Assembly (NCBI GenBank): GCA_031835245.2
Contig: JAVKOQ020000009.1
Location: 62,001-126,000, forward strand
Source: Balamuthia mandrillaris
Lineage: Eukaryota
DNA length: 64,000 nucleotides
Direction: 5' to 3'
In this document: positions 25,516 through 35,274 of the stretch, one piece after another
Layout: the number at the start of each line of letters is the position of its first letter
How positions within the stretch are numbered: the first letter of the stretch is position 1
Program-made: the position numbers and the translations under genes
Notes under the pieces: generated by a model
Database searches by the model: none
The model's input: only the letters and a program-made list of their open reading frames with translations
What the model was told of the DNA's origin: nothing

Positions 25516-25835
25516 TTATAATGCCTTGTTGGTTTGCGTCGTGTGAACGAGGCAGCACAATGCAATCCTTTCGGTCGAAACGGTTTCCTTCCTTTCTTCT
25601 TCTCTTCTCTTCCTTTCTTCTCTTTTCTTTTATTTTTTGTCGTCATTTATCGTAAGAGGAAATTTCGGAAGAAAAATAAACGTCGACAGATAGGAGAGAG
25701 GAAACGGAGACTAGTCATGAGTGTGTCTACATATATTACGTCATTAGGCCTCCAAAAGGAATATTTATGTAAGATCAAGATCGATTGAAAAATATGTTAG
25801 TGGCACATTTTTTTAAATGTGGGTAACGCACAAGG

Positions 25836-26475
25836 TTATGCTTGTTCTTCAGGAACGGCCGCGGACTTTCGTTTGCTCTTCTTGCCTTTTCTATTTGTGT
25901 TTGTTGCGCTGTTCTCAGAACCGCTCCCTGAACTTTGATCTTCCTCTTTCTTCTTCTTCTTCTTCTTCATTTGCTTTTCTTCAACAGGAGGAGGAAAAGG
26001 AGAAGAAGAAGAAGAAGAAGAAGACGAAGAAGAAGAAGAAGAAGAAGAAGAAGAAGAAGAAGAACTCGTATTTCTCTCGATCAATCCGATGTCAGCCTCG
26101 CCATCGCCATCTTCGTTCGGTTCGTAAACGTATTCGCTTTGCCCGCCCAAAAACTTTGGCAAGCAATCCTCCTCAAAGTACTCCAGAGCTCTCCTTTCTT
26201 TCCGTCCACAAACTTGAACTTTGACCTCGTCTCTTCATCCAAAAACACTTTGAGCACGTTCCAAATGCTCTTGAAGATAAAGGGAGAGTTCACGAAGTAT
26301 GCCTCTCCCAAACGCTCCGGATAGTAGTCGGAGAGAATGCGGAGGACCTCTTTGGAGAGAGGCATGTCCACGTTGGAGTAGCCCACGCCAGAGAGATCCG
26401 CCACCACCGCGAACTTGTCTGTTGGCTCTTGTAACCTGTTCATATTGTTTTTTCAGTATTTCAAGTTAACAAAAC

Positions 26476-26512
<37 letters not shown>

Positions 26513-27239
26513 AGGAGAGAAACACAATACATGCTGCAAGCCGTTTCCAAAAAGTAGATGATCATGCGCAGAGCAAGGTCTCTATCGGAGGTTTTGGGAT
26601 TATGTCTTCCGGGCTGCATCACACAACATATTCTGCCGCTTTTGCTGCGTTTGTGAAAGTAAATGCGACGGAAGGCGAGTTCTTTTTTTAGTGTTTTTGG
26701 ATCTATCTCCTCCACTTTCATCTCTTTCCTCCATTCCTTGGTGTTTTCAAGAAACAGAATTAAACAAGAAGAAGAACAAGAACTAGAACAAGAACTAGAA
26801 CTAGAACTAGAACTAGAACTAGAACTAGAACTAGAACTAGAACAAGAACTAGAACTAGAACTAGAACTAGAACTAGAACTAGAACTAGAACTAGAACTAG
26901 AACTAGAACTAGAACTAGAACTAGAAGAGAAGGAGAAGAACTAGAAGAACGAGAAGAAGAATTCAATTCCAACATAAGCCAACAAAAAATAACCACGAAC
27001 CAAACACACGGATAACATTTTGGAAGCGTCGCTCGGTTGAAAGCGTCTAGCCTTGAGAAACCGATACAAAACGCTGTCTTCCTCTTCCGGAAACTGTTTT
27101 CTCATTTCCTCCAAAGCTGCCTGATGAAATGAAGAGAGTGAACACCACATATTTTGTTGTACAAAAAAAGATTGAATAAAAGACTGAAGCAACCACTGCG
27201 CCAAACCTTTTGTTGCTCATCAAGTGCCGGAAACGCCAT
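25836..27239 (-). CDS. CRAL-TRIO/Sec14 lipid-binding protein, multi-exon, with an apparent 1-nt frameshift near 26187
   Basis: MAFPALDEQQK|AALEEMR...YRFLKARRF (CRAL-N), DLSGVGYSN, YYPERLG, NSPFIF..IW, KFKFV. The conserved LPKFLGG continues in a shifted frame. Confidence 0.85.
26780..26926. repeat. (CTAGAA)n hexanucleotide repeat in a CRAL-TRIO intron
   Basis: Direct reading of the sequence. Confidence 0.95.
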
Positions 27240-27590
27240 TACTTTTTCTCCCTCTTTCTTCGCTTCTTCGTTAACGCTATGAGACCGGAAACGAACTTAA
27301 AATTTTTAATTTCACCGTATAACGTTGAAGAATGTGAAACATTTCGAAAATTTTAAGAATGCGAAGACGAGGGGTCTCCCTAATAACGAAGAATTTCTGC
27401 CTTTTGCACGCCGATTCCATGTAGAATTTCAGCTTGTTCACTCATTGGATATCACACGTCATCGTTCCTTTTTAGAGTAAATTGTTTTTGTCGACACCCT
27501 TTTTATGGTTTTCCTTTTTATTTATTTTTTCTCCTCTTTTCTTTTCTTTTTTTTGTCGTTTCTCTCGACAGAAACTCTCACACTCACACA

Positions 27591-28365
27591 ATGTCTCGCC
27601 CTGTAGTCTTTTTCGACATCACCATCGGTGGCTCTCCCGCTGGCCGCGTGGAGATGGAGGTTTGTTGATTTTTAAGATCGATTGATGTTTTTCTTCATCC
27701 AACTCCTCCCTCCTTTTTTTTAAATCTTATAGTTTTTTTTTTTCAATAATCTCTCCCATTTATTTTGTGTTCCTCTTCTTTGTGTCTTTTTTTTAAAAAA
27801 AATCTCTTCTCTTTCTCCCTCTTCTCTGTGTTAGTGTTTTTCTTCTGTTTACTTTTTTTTTTGGAACTGATTCACTAAAACAATTTTTTTTTAAACTCGC
27901 TATTGCACCGCTCAGCTCTACAATGACGTAGTGCCCAAGACCGCTGAGAACTTCCGCGCCCTCTGCACCGGCGAGAAGGGCACTGGCAACAGCGGCAAGC
28001 CCCTCCACTTTAAGGGCTCCAAGTTCCACCGCATCATCCCCAACTTCATGTGTCAGGGCGGTGACTTTACCCGCGGCAACGGCACCGGCGGAGAGAGCAT
28101 CTACGGCAACAAGTTTGCGGACGAGAACTTCAAGCTGAAGCACGCTGGCCCTGGCACCCTCTCCATGGCCAACGCCGGCCCCAACACCAACGGCAGCCAG
28201 TTCTTCATCTGCACTGCCGATACCCCCTGGTTGGACGGCAAGCACGTTGTCTTTGGCAAGGTCGTCAACGGCTACGACGTGATCAAGGCCATGGAGCGCG
28301 TTGGCTCTCAGAGCGGCTCCACCAGCAAGCCCGTCGCCATTGCTGACTGTGGCCAGCTTCGTTAA
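27591..28365 (+). CDS. Cyclophilin A-type peptidyl-prolyl isomerase, 2 exons (27591-27659, 27916-28365)
   Basis: [57 protein letters not shown]. Confidence 0.97.
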
Positions 28366-28460
28366 ATCCCCCCTTTTAACGCAAAGACAATCACTTGGAG
28401 CCCATCACTTTTTGTTAGTTAATTCAATCAATATACAATCTGTTGAAACAACAAAGCCAA

Positions 28461-28505
<45 letters not shown>

Positions 28506-28577
28506 TCTCTTCTCTTGGTGATCACATCAAAAACAAAAGTGTTTGATCGTTTGTTCTGACTTTGATGATTAATCAAA

Positions 28578-31500
28578 TCACGAAAGATGTACAGGAAAGA
28601 GGGAAGAGGAGGCTTCGCCAAGGTACAATAGAGTGGAGGAGTGACAGCGGAGCGTGGCCGTCCTCATGGCAAAGTCAAAGTGTTGACGAAAGGCCGCTTC
28701 CAGTGTTTTCCTCTGCTGCTCGTCGCCAGAGGAAGAGAGAAGCCGACGAAGGAGAGAGGAACACAGCTGGCGAATGGCTTCGCTGGAAGAACAGAGTCCT
28801 TCCACCACTTCCGGCATCTTTTCCACCATCAGTTGCACGCGTTGTTCTCGTTCCTCCCTTTGTTGTTGGTCTTCTTCCTCCCCTTCTCCTTCCTGTATGT
28901 GAGTGAAGAGAACGGCCAAAAGCTCAAACTGTCTCTGTTGAACTTGCGTGGGATGAATGCGAATGTGGCGCAAGGCTTTGCGCATCACCGTTGCCGTTGG
29001 TACGAAGAACCGCTTGCTATCCTGGTCATTGTCGTTCTCCTTCAGTCCATCCAACAAGCCAAGCAACTCTAAGACGTGTAGGTTTGGTGATGGAAGAAAC
29101 AATTCGTCTTCCTCTTCCTCCTCATCTTCTTCTCTCTCTTCGGGTTCGTTTGACGAAGGAGAAGTGGAATAGAGAAGCGAACCAGCCTTTTGAGCGATGG
29201 CAGCAGCTCGAGATGGAAACATAGCGGCTATGCGATAAAGCAGGGTCACGTAGGTGGTGGCCACAACACCCCTTGTCAGCTGCTGATACTGAGTTGCAGG
29301 AGGAGGAGGAGGAGGAGGAGGAGGAGAAGAAGAAGAAGAAGAAGCACATATGCGTTCCCACGCTCTGTCCACAATGCACGAAATCAATCCATCTTCTTGT
29401 TTTTCCCCATTGGTTTCATTCTCTGTCAGCATCATATCTTGTTCTTGTTTTTTTCGTTGTCGGCTTCTTCTTCGTCGCTCTGTTAACAACACGCGAAGAA
29501 AGGTTTCAGCCCTCTCAGCAAGTGGAGGCCAATCGCTTTCCAACTCGTCCATCAATATTTCCACGTGTCTACGTTCGTTCCAAAATGTATCCAGTCGCTC
29601 TCTCAATTGTTTCTCCAATAAAGAGGAATGAACTTCGCTGCTGTTACTATCGTTGTTGTCGCGGTCGTGGAGATGAAGAATGTCATGAAGACGATGAAAG
29701 ATGTCGAGAAGAGTGTATTGAATGGAAGTGTCATGAGCGGAACCAACCATTAGGACTTGAAGAGCGTTTAAACCGTCTGCTGAGACTAGAGCTTCAACCA
29801 AACATGCTCTCGCTGCGGTTGTTTCTTCATTTTCGATGACTGTTTGGTCTTCTTCTGGGCGCGTTTCCACTACCATAGCTTCCATTTCTTCTTTTGTTAC
29901 TGGTTGCTTTTGTTCTAGTTGTGGGGGTGGATTATCGTTGCCTTGTTGCAACGTTCGTAGAACGAGAGATAGGGTCTTGTTTAACTTTGCTTTCGCAGTT
30001 GAAGGTGCAGAAGCAGCTGATGTTTGCATCGCGTTATGCAGTTCCAACAAACACTCAATCAACGATTGCCGAAAGACGTTCTTAGCGGCAATAGCTTCAT
30101 TGCTGTCAATGGTGGCAGCGTGACGCAGGAACAATAAAAATAAATCCAGCCACACATCATGCCTTCTCCGTTCTACTTCTACTTCTCCTCCTGTCAGCGA
30201 AGAGGATGAAGAAGAAAAAGGAAGAGAGGAAGCAAAAGGAGTTGAAGAGGATGAAGAAGAAGAAAGAGCAGAGGAGATCTTGTTATGGGGACGTTGTTGC
30301 TCGGTGATATCAGAAGATGTTATGAAGAAGAAACGCGTCACTGCGCGATAAATGGTGCTGGTATCTACCTTCTCCTGATTTCGCGTTTGATGCAGTAGAC
30401 GAAGAAAGAGAGAAAAGATGTTAAGTAACAAGCGCCGGAAAGGAGGATGATGAGAGAAACAACTGGCTGTGATAGAAAGAAAAGTGCTGAGTCGAGACCA
30501 ATTTGGCCGTTTCTCTGCTCTCTCCTTCTGTTCTTGTGTGGATAATGTTGCGGATGGTTTGTTTTTGGGAGTAGAAGTACTGCTTTGAAGATAAAATGGA
30601 ATGCAAGCGATGGAAGAGAGGTAACGTAGCGCCATTTGTGAACTGTTTTCTTCATTCTTTGCATAGGAAGAAGCACGAGGAGGGAGAGAGGGAAGAAGCG
30701 AGAAAGAAGAGTTTGGAGAAGAAGGAATAGTCCAAGCTTGTTCCCAGAGTCGCAGTATCACCGATTGTACTCCCTTGTCTAACTTTTGAAGAGCTTCTAG
30801 CAGAGAGAACATCAAACGAGCTCGTTCTCGTTCCACTTTTAATCGCTTCTCTTCGTTACGTTTTTTGGCGTTGAAATCGTTCTCTTTCACTTTGGTCTCT
30901 GTTGTTTCTACATTCATCATCCCTTCCTCTGCGTTCTTCTTTTCCCCATTATAGGCGCTAACATCTGCTTCTGTCTCGTCGATACCAAATAGCAAAGCAG
31001 AGTATTTAGAGTCCACAAAAACTCGTCGCAGTAAACGCTCCGCTTTGTTTGGTCCTTTGTGATTGCTATTGCTTTCCCTCTGCGAGAAAGAAGAAGAATG
31101 AAGCTGTTCTTCTTCCTCTTTATCAGCTTTTACTTCTGGGCCACAAACGTTTCCAACGAGTCGTTCCTCCTCTATGAATTGTAACAAAGGCCGCAAAAAG
31201 TGATCATGGAACCAACGATTACGTTCTATGCGTATCACAAGGTTTTGACGATCATCTTCTTGTTTTTGTTGTGCAGAGGACAGGGTGACCTTTCTCCTCT
31301 TCTTATCTTCTTCCTTTTCTTTCTCCGTCTTTATCGTTCCATGTTGCCCATCCGAAGAAAAGAGCTCCCATAAAAAATCGAACAGAGCAAAGATGACAGC
31401 TTCTTCATCTTCAGCTTTCATTAGATAGCCTCTTCCGCTGCTTCTTCTCTTCCTGCCTAATAGCTTCTCGTTGTCTTCTTCGTCGGCGTTCACGTCGCAG

Positions 31501-33602
31501 ATAAAGCTGTCGTATTCGTCTCCAAAAATCGGAAAGGGAAAGTACCTTCGTTTCGTTGGCGATGAAGAAGAGGAAAAAGAGGAAGAAGAAGAAATGAATA
31601 AAGTTTGTTGCACGAGAGCGGCCGGAGATAGCGCCAAAAGACGACGAATGAGGTCATGTGTGTGATTACTCTGCAGGCGAGTGAAGTACAGAAGAAAGGT
31701 ACGTTGAAAGGGCAGCAAATAGCCTGTTTGGGAAGCAGTTTTCATCAACGAAGCAGACAAGTCTTCTGGAGTAGAGGATGCTGACGAAGATGATGGCGTG
31801 GAATGTGAGAAGAAAGAAGGGGTGTTGCTTCGACGCAACAAAAGATGTTGCTGTTGAAACGAAAGAAGAAGAGGGACAAGATTTTGGGCAATGCTCAACG
31901 ACTGATACTTGTTCCATTCCAACAACACCAAACCTTGAAGCTTTCGAAAGACGAGCGAATGAGGCATCGATGACGTTCCAACGACTAGAGGGAAGCCGCT
32001 CTTCTTCTCCATCAACTTGCCCTTCTTTATTTTGTCCTTTTCTTCCCGATGATAACCCGCTTCTTTCTCCTCTTCATCGTGGTTGTTGTAGGAAGAAGTG
32101 TCCAAAACATGATTAAGAATGAGACGCAAATGGTCCTCTCGAAGTGCGTCTGGTGCGTTCCTCAAACAATCGACTAGCCACAATCGCAAGTCCGAGGCTT
32201 TGTCGTTGTGGTGTGCCTCTTCCCTTTGCTCGTTGTTGAGGTTGACATTAGTGTTTACTCCTCCAAATGAGCGCAAGTAATGTTTGGTGAGGTGTATTAA
32301 TATCTCGCTGCAAACAGGCAGTGAAGAAGCGATAGTACTGCTGTAGCTCTGTTGAAATGAAGAAGAGAACAAGAACGAAGACGACGCGTTCCTATTTACT
32401 CCGGTAGATATTGCATCGTGGTCGCTCATTGCCGAAGAAGGAGACGTAGACGATTCAGCAAACAAAACCATCAATGCGTAAAACGGCGCGTTCTTTTGGT
32501 TATAGCCAACTCCCGCTGAAGAGCTTTCTTTGCGTCCTTTCCCTCCTTCTCGTTCTCCTTCTTCCATACTTCTCTTTCGTTTATGCCTATTCTCCCCATC
32601 TTGTTCCTTTTCTTTCTCCTCTCTCTCGCTCCTTCTCGTCTCCTCTTCCCTCTTCTCTGTCCCCTTGTTCCACTTCTCGAGCTCGCTCTCTTTCTTGCTC
32701 GTTTGCTTGCAGAGAGCAGAGACGAGAGCAGCGACGGCCACGTCGACATGCTCTGGATGACGCAGCAGGAAGGCGGCCAACAGCAAGTCCAAAAGGCTCT
32801 TATGGAGGCAAGGATAGTGCGTCGAGAGGATGAGCGTGAGGTCGTCACGGAACAGGGCATGGCCACGCCTCAAAGCGGCTCCTTCCCACAGAGACAACAG
32901 GTGTTGCAGCTGCTCGCTTCTGGGAAGAGCAAAGAAAGCGCGGTCTTCGCTGCCAAGCTCCTCTGCTGCCTCTTCTTCTGCTTCTCCTTTGGCGCCGTTC
33001 TCCTCTCCGTCGTTTGCGGTGGTGGTTGTGGTTGGGAGTGAAGCAGCAACAGAAGAAAGGAAAGCAGGTGAATTGGGAGAAGAGGAGAGCACAAAGCGCC
33101 AGACGAGAGCGCCACCGCCGAGTAGCTGGATGAGACGCTCTCTGACTTGCGCTTGTTCAGCCCATTCAGGAGTGTCGACGTCTTCCTCTTCTTTTTGTAA
33201 AGAAGAAGGAGAAGAAGCAGAATGAAGAAGGATTCGTTCTAAGGGAGAAAGAGCTCTGTTAGAGGCAGCGGCAGCAAAGGCCTCTTCTTCGCGTGCGAAA
33301 AGGGAAGAAGGAAGTGAGGGTGAAGCAGGTCCTGTGGAGGAGGAGGAGGAGGAAGGAGAAGAAGAGGAGGCTTTGCTAACGTGGTCACGGCTGCTCTTAT
33401 GTTGTTGCTGATGAGGATGATGAGCACGGCGATGGTGGTGAGGGTGGTGATGAGGGGAGGGAGGTCCGCCTCGATAATCTCGCTTGGAGCGATGTTTGGG
33501 GGAGTGGTGGGAGGTGGCCGGTTGCTGTTGTTGTGTATTGGAGTGATGGTAGCGTTGGGGCTTCTGCTGATGGGAGGACGACCCTCCCGCAGGAGAAAGC
33601 AT
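28578..33602 (-). CDS. Large intronless protein of unknown function (1674 aa), probably alpha-solenoid with low-complexity inserts
   Basis: Uninterrupted 5-kb ORF starting at ATG. Leu-rich amphipathic helices alternate with S/E/Q-rich linkers. No family recognised. Confidence 0.8.
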   Translation of the reverse strand: MLSPAGGSSSHQQKPQRYHHSNTQQQQPATSHHSPKHRSKRDYRGGPPSPHHHPHHHRRAHHPHQQQHKSSRDHVSKASSSSPSSSSSSTGPASPSLPSSLFAREEEAFAAAASNRALSPLERILLHSASSPSSLQKEEEDVDTPEWAEQAQVRERLIQLLGGGALVWRFVLSSSPNSPAFLSSVAASLPTTTTTANDGEENGAKGEAEEEAAEELGSEDRAFFALPRSEQLQHLLSLWEGAALRRGHALFRDDLTLILSTHYPCLHKSLLDLLLAAFLLRHPEHVDVAVAALVSALCKQTSKKESELEKWNKGTEKREEETRRSEREEKEKEQDGENRHKRKRSMEEGEREGGKGRKESSSAGVGYNQKNAPFYALMVLFAESSTSPSSAMSDHDAISTGVNRNASSSFLFSSSFQQSYSSTIASSLPVCSEILIHLTKHYLRSFGGVNTNVNLNNEQREEAHHNDKASDLRLWLVDCLRNAPDALREDHLRLILNHVLDTSSYNNHDEEEKEAGYHREEKDKIKKGKLMEKKSGFPLVVGTSSMPHSLVFRKLQGLVLLEWNKYQSLSIAQNLVPLLLSFQQQHLLLRRSNTPSFFSHSTPSSSSASSTPEDLSASLMKTASQTGYLLPFQRTFLLYFTRLQSNHTHDLIRRLLALSPAALVQQTLFISSSSSFSSSSSPTKRRYFPFPIFGDEYDSFICDVNADEEDNEKLLGRKRRSSGRGYLMKAEDEEAVIFALFDFLWELFSSDGQHGTIKTEKEKEEDKKRRKVTLSSAQQKQEDDRQNLVIRIERNRWFHDHFLRPLLQFIEEERLVGNVCGPEVKADKEEEEQLHSSSFSQRESNSNHKGPNKAERLLRRVFVDSKYSALLFGIDETEADVSAYNGEKKNAEEGMMNVETTETKVKENDFNAKKRNEEKRLKVERERARLMFSLLEALQKLDKGVQSVILRLWEQAWTIPSSPNSSFSLLPSLPPRASSYAKNEENSSQMALRYLSSIACIPFYLQSSTSTPKNKPSATLSTQEQKERAEKRPNWSRLSTFLSITASCFSHHPPFRRLLLNIFSLFLRLLHQTRNQEKVDTSTIYRAVTRFFFITSSDITEQQRPHNKISSALSSSSSSSTPFASSLPFSSSSSSLTGGEVEVERRRHDVWLDLFLLFLRHAATIDSNEAIAAKNVFRQSLIECLLELHNAMQTSAASAPSTAKAKLNKTLSLVLRTLQQGNDNPPPQLEQKQPVTKEEMEAMVVETRPEEDQTVIENEETTAARACLVEALVSADGLNALQVLMVGSAHDTSIQYTLLDIFHRLHDILHLHDRDNNDSNSSEVHSSLLEKQLRERLDTFWNERRHVEILMDELESDWPPLAERAETFLRVLLTERRRRSRQRKKQEQDMMLTENETNGEKQEDGLISCIVDRAWERICASSSSSSPPPPPPPPPATQYQQLTRGVVATTYVTLLYRIAAMFPSRAAAIAQKAGSLLYSTSPSSNEPEEREEDEEEEEDELFLPSPNLHVLELLGLLDGLKENDNDQDSKRFFVPTATVMRKALRHIRIHPTQVQQRQFELLAVLFTHIQEGEGEEEDQQQREEREQRVQLMVEKMPEVVEGLCSSSEAIRQLCSSLLRRLLSSSGDEQQRKTLEAAFRQHFDFAMRTATLRCHSSTLLYLGEASSSLFPVHLS

Positions 33603-33852
33603 TTCTTTGGTGGTCTCTTCTCCTTCCCCTTTTGCTCCTTTTTTCCGCTACTTCTTCTTCTCTATGTCAAAGGAAGAAACGAAAACTCAGATTTTCCAAT
33701 GAATACGGTCCAATGAGCAAAACATGGATTTATTATAATACATGAATAGACATCTTTTGCTCAGGATCATTTCCTTAAAGTTACAAATGGTGCACAAAAG
33801 GACGTCCATTTGTGCACAAATATCCCTCTTTCGTTGGATTCCCCATTGCACA

Positions 33853-33948
<96 letters not shown>

Positions 33949-34044
33949 TTCTCTCTCTCTCTTGGTTCTCCTTCTCTCTCTTTCTTCTCTCTCTTGGCTC
34001 TCTTCTCTCTTGGCTCTCCTTCTCTTCCTCGTTCTCTGCTCTTC

Positions 34045-35274
34045 TCAAGCACGCAGGATGCTATCGGCAGCACCGGTGATGTTGCGAATGTACTCCACCT
34101 CCCATGGGGAGAAGGGTGTCCCATCCGCACGAAAGATGTCGTGAAACCACACGTCGGGCAGCTCCTGATAGACCTTCCACCAAGAATCCCAAGGCATCAT
34201 GGCCTGCGTCTTGCCTGCCACCAAACCCCAGCTGTGAGCCCCTATCTTGTGTTGCTTGAACCACGCGAGGAGGGGATCAAAGGTGCTGCCCATGGGCCTC
34301 GCCATGAACTCGGTGTTGAGGAGAGGACGGCCAGCAGGATGGCTGCAGAGCATTAGCGTCCTCACGACGGCTTGAACCTCCTTCAGCGGCCCGTAGTTGT
34401 GAAAAGAGATGACGTCGCTCTGTTCCAGTTGGAAGCGAACCAACGGAGAAAGAGAAAGAAAAGAACAAGGAGAAGAAGAGGATGCAGAAGAAAGGAGATC
34501 CCAAACGCCAGAGGTAAGGGGTTGCACGGGAGCGATGTCTCGAATCCAGGAGTAGGCCTTCCGCAGCAAGCCCAACGCCAGCTCGGCTTTGTTGGAGGGA
34601 GTGTATGCCAAGTAAGAAGGGCGGTTGGGGTTGTCCGGCTCGTTGAACACATCCCAGAGGACCACTCTGGAATCATTGGCGAAGCGGGAGACCACGCCTT
34701 TGACATAAGACTCCAACAGCTGTTGCTCTGCCGTTGAAGAAGCAAAAGCAAGGAGCAGATCTGTTCCAGGAGACTGAAGCCACCCGCTGTTGTGAACGAA
34801 TGGAATGGGAGGGCGTTGCTTGCCGGGCCGTGGATTAGCATCCCAACAGCCATCAAAGAGGACCAACGTGGCGCGGAGGTGATGACGGTCCGCAATGCCC
34901 AGGAACTGGTCCAACCGTTGCAGGAACTCTTCTTGCTCCCGTGGGTCGTCTGGCTTCCAGAGGAGGTGATGAAGGAAGACGCGAACGCTGTTGAAGCCAA
35001 GCCGCTGGGCCAAGGCTAGTTCTCGGTCGATGGTGAGAGGGTCCCAGGTGGCCTTCTGAAACATTTCCAGCTGGTTGAGGGCCGTGCTGGGTATGTAGTT
35101 GCAGCCAACCAACCAGCCTGTCTTCTCTGCCCACTGTTGAGCCTTACGAACGGACCATGGGGGGTAACCTTGTTGTTGTGGTCCTTGACCAGGGCAAACA
35201 GCAGGAAGAGATGCCAGGGTGAGCAACACACAAAACAGCTCAGCCGATAAAGCGAGGTGGCTCCGCATTGTCAT
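34045..35274 (-). CDS. Secreted GH5-family glycoside hydrolase, bacterial type, intronless
   Basis: Signal peptide; WLVGCNYIPSTALNQLEM, IDREL, GFNSVRVFLH; acid/base motif WDVFNEP; SFHNY; nucleophile region TEFMAR; WGLVAGKTQ; WFHDIFR.DGTP. First ATG at 35274. Confidence 0.9.
   Translation of the reverse strand: MTMRSHLALSAELFCVLLTLASLPAVCPGQGPQQQGYPPWSVRKAQQWAEKTGWLVGCNYIPSTALNQLEMFQKATWDPLTIDRELALAQRLGFNSVRVFLHHLLWKPDDPREQEEFLQRLDQFLGIADRHHLRATLVLFDGCWDANPRPGKQRPPIPFVHNSGWLQSPGTDLLLAFASSTAEQQLLESYVKGVVSRFANDSRVVLWDVFNEPDNPNRPSYLAYTPSNKAELALGLLRKAYSWIRDIAPVQPLTSGVWDLLSSASSSSPCSFLSLSPLVRFQLEQSDVISFHNYGPLKEVQAVVRTLMLCSHPAGRPLLNTEFMARPMGSTFDPLLAWFKQHKIGAHSWGLVAGKTQAMMPWDSWWKVYQELPDVWFHDIFRADGTPFSPWEVEYIRNITGAADSILRA

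Noticed and set aside
26780..26926. (CTAGAA)n as a possible interstitial telomere
   Set aside because: It is not a TTAGGG-type repeat; it grades into the neighbouring (CAAGAA) units within an intron.
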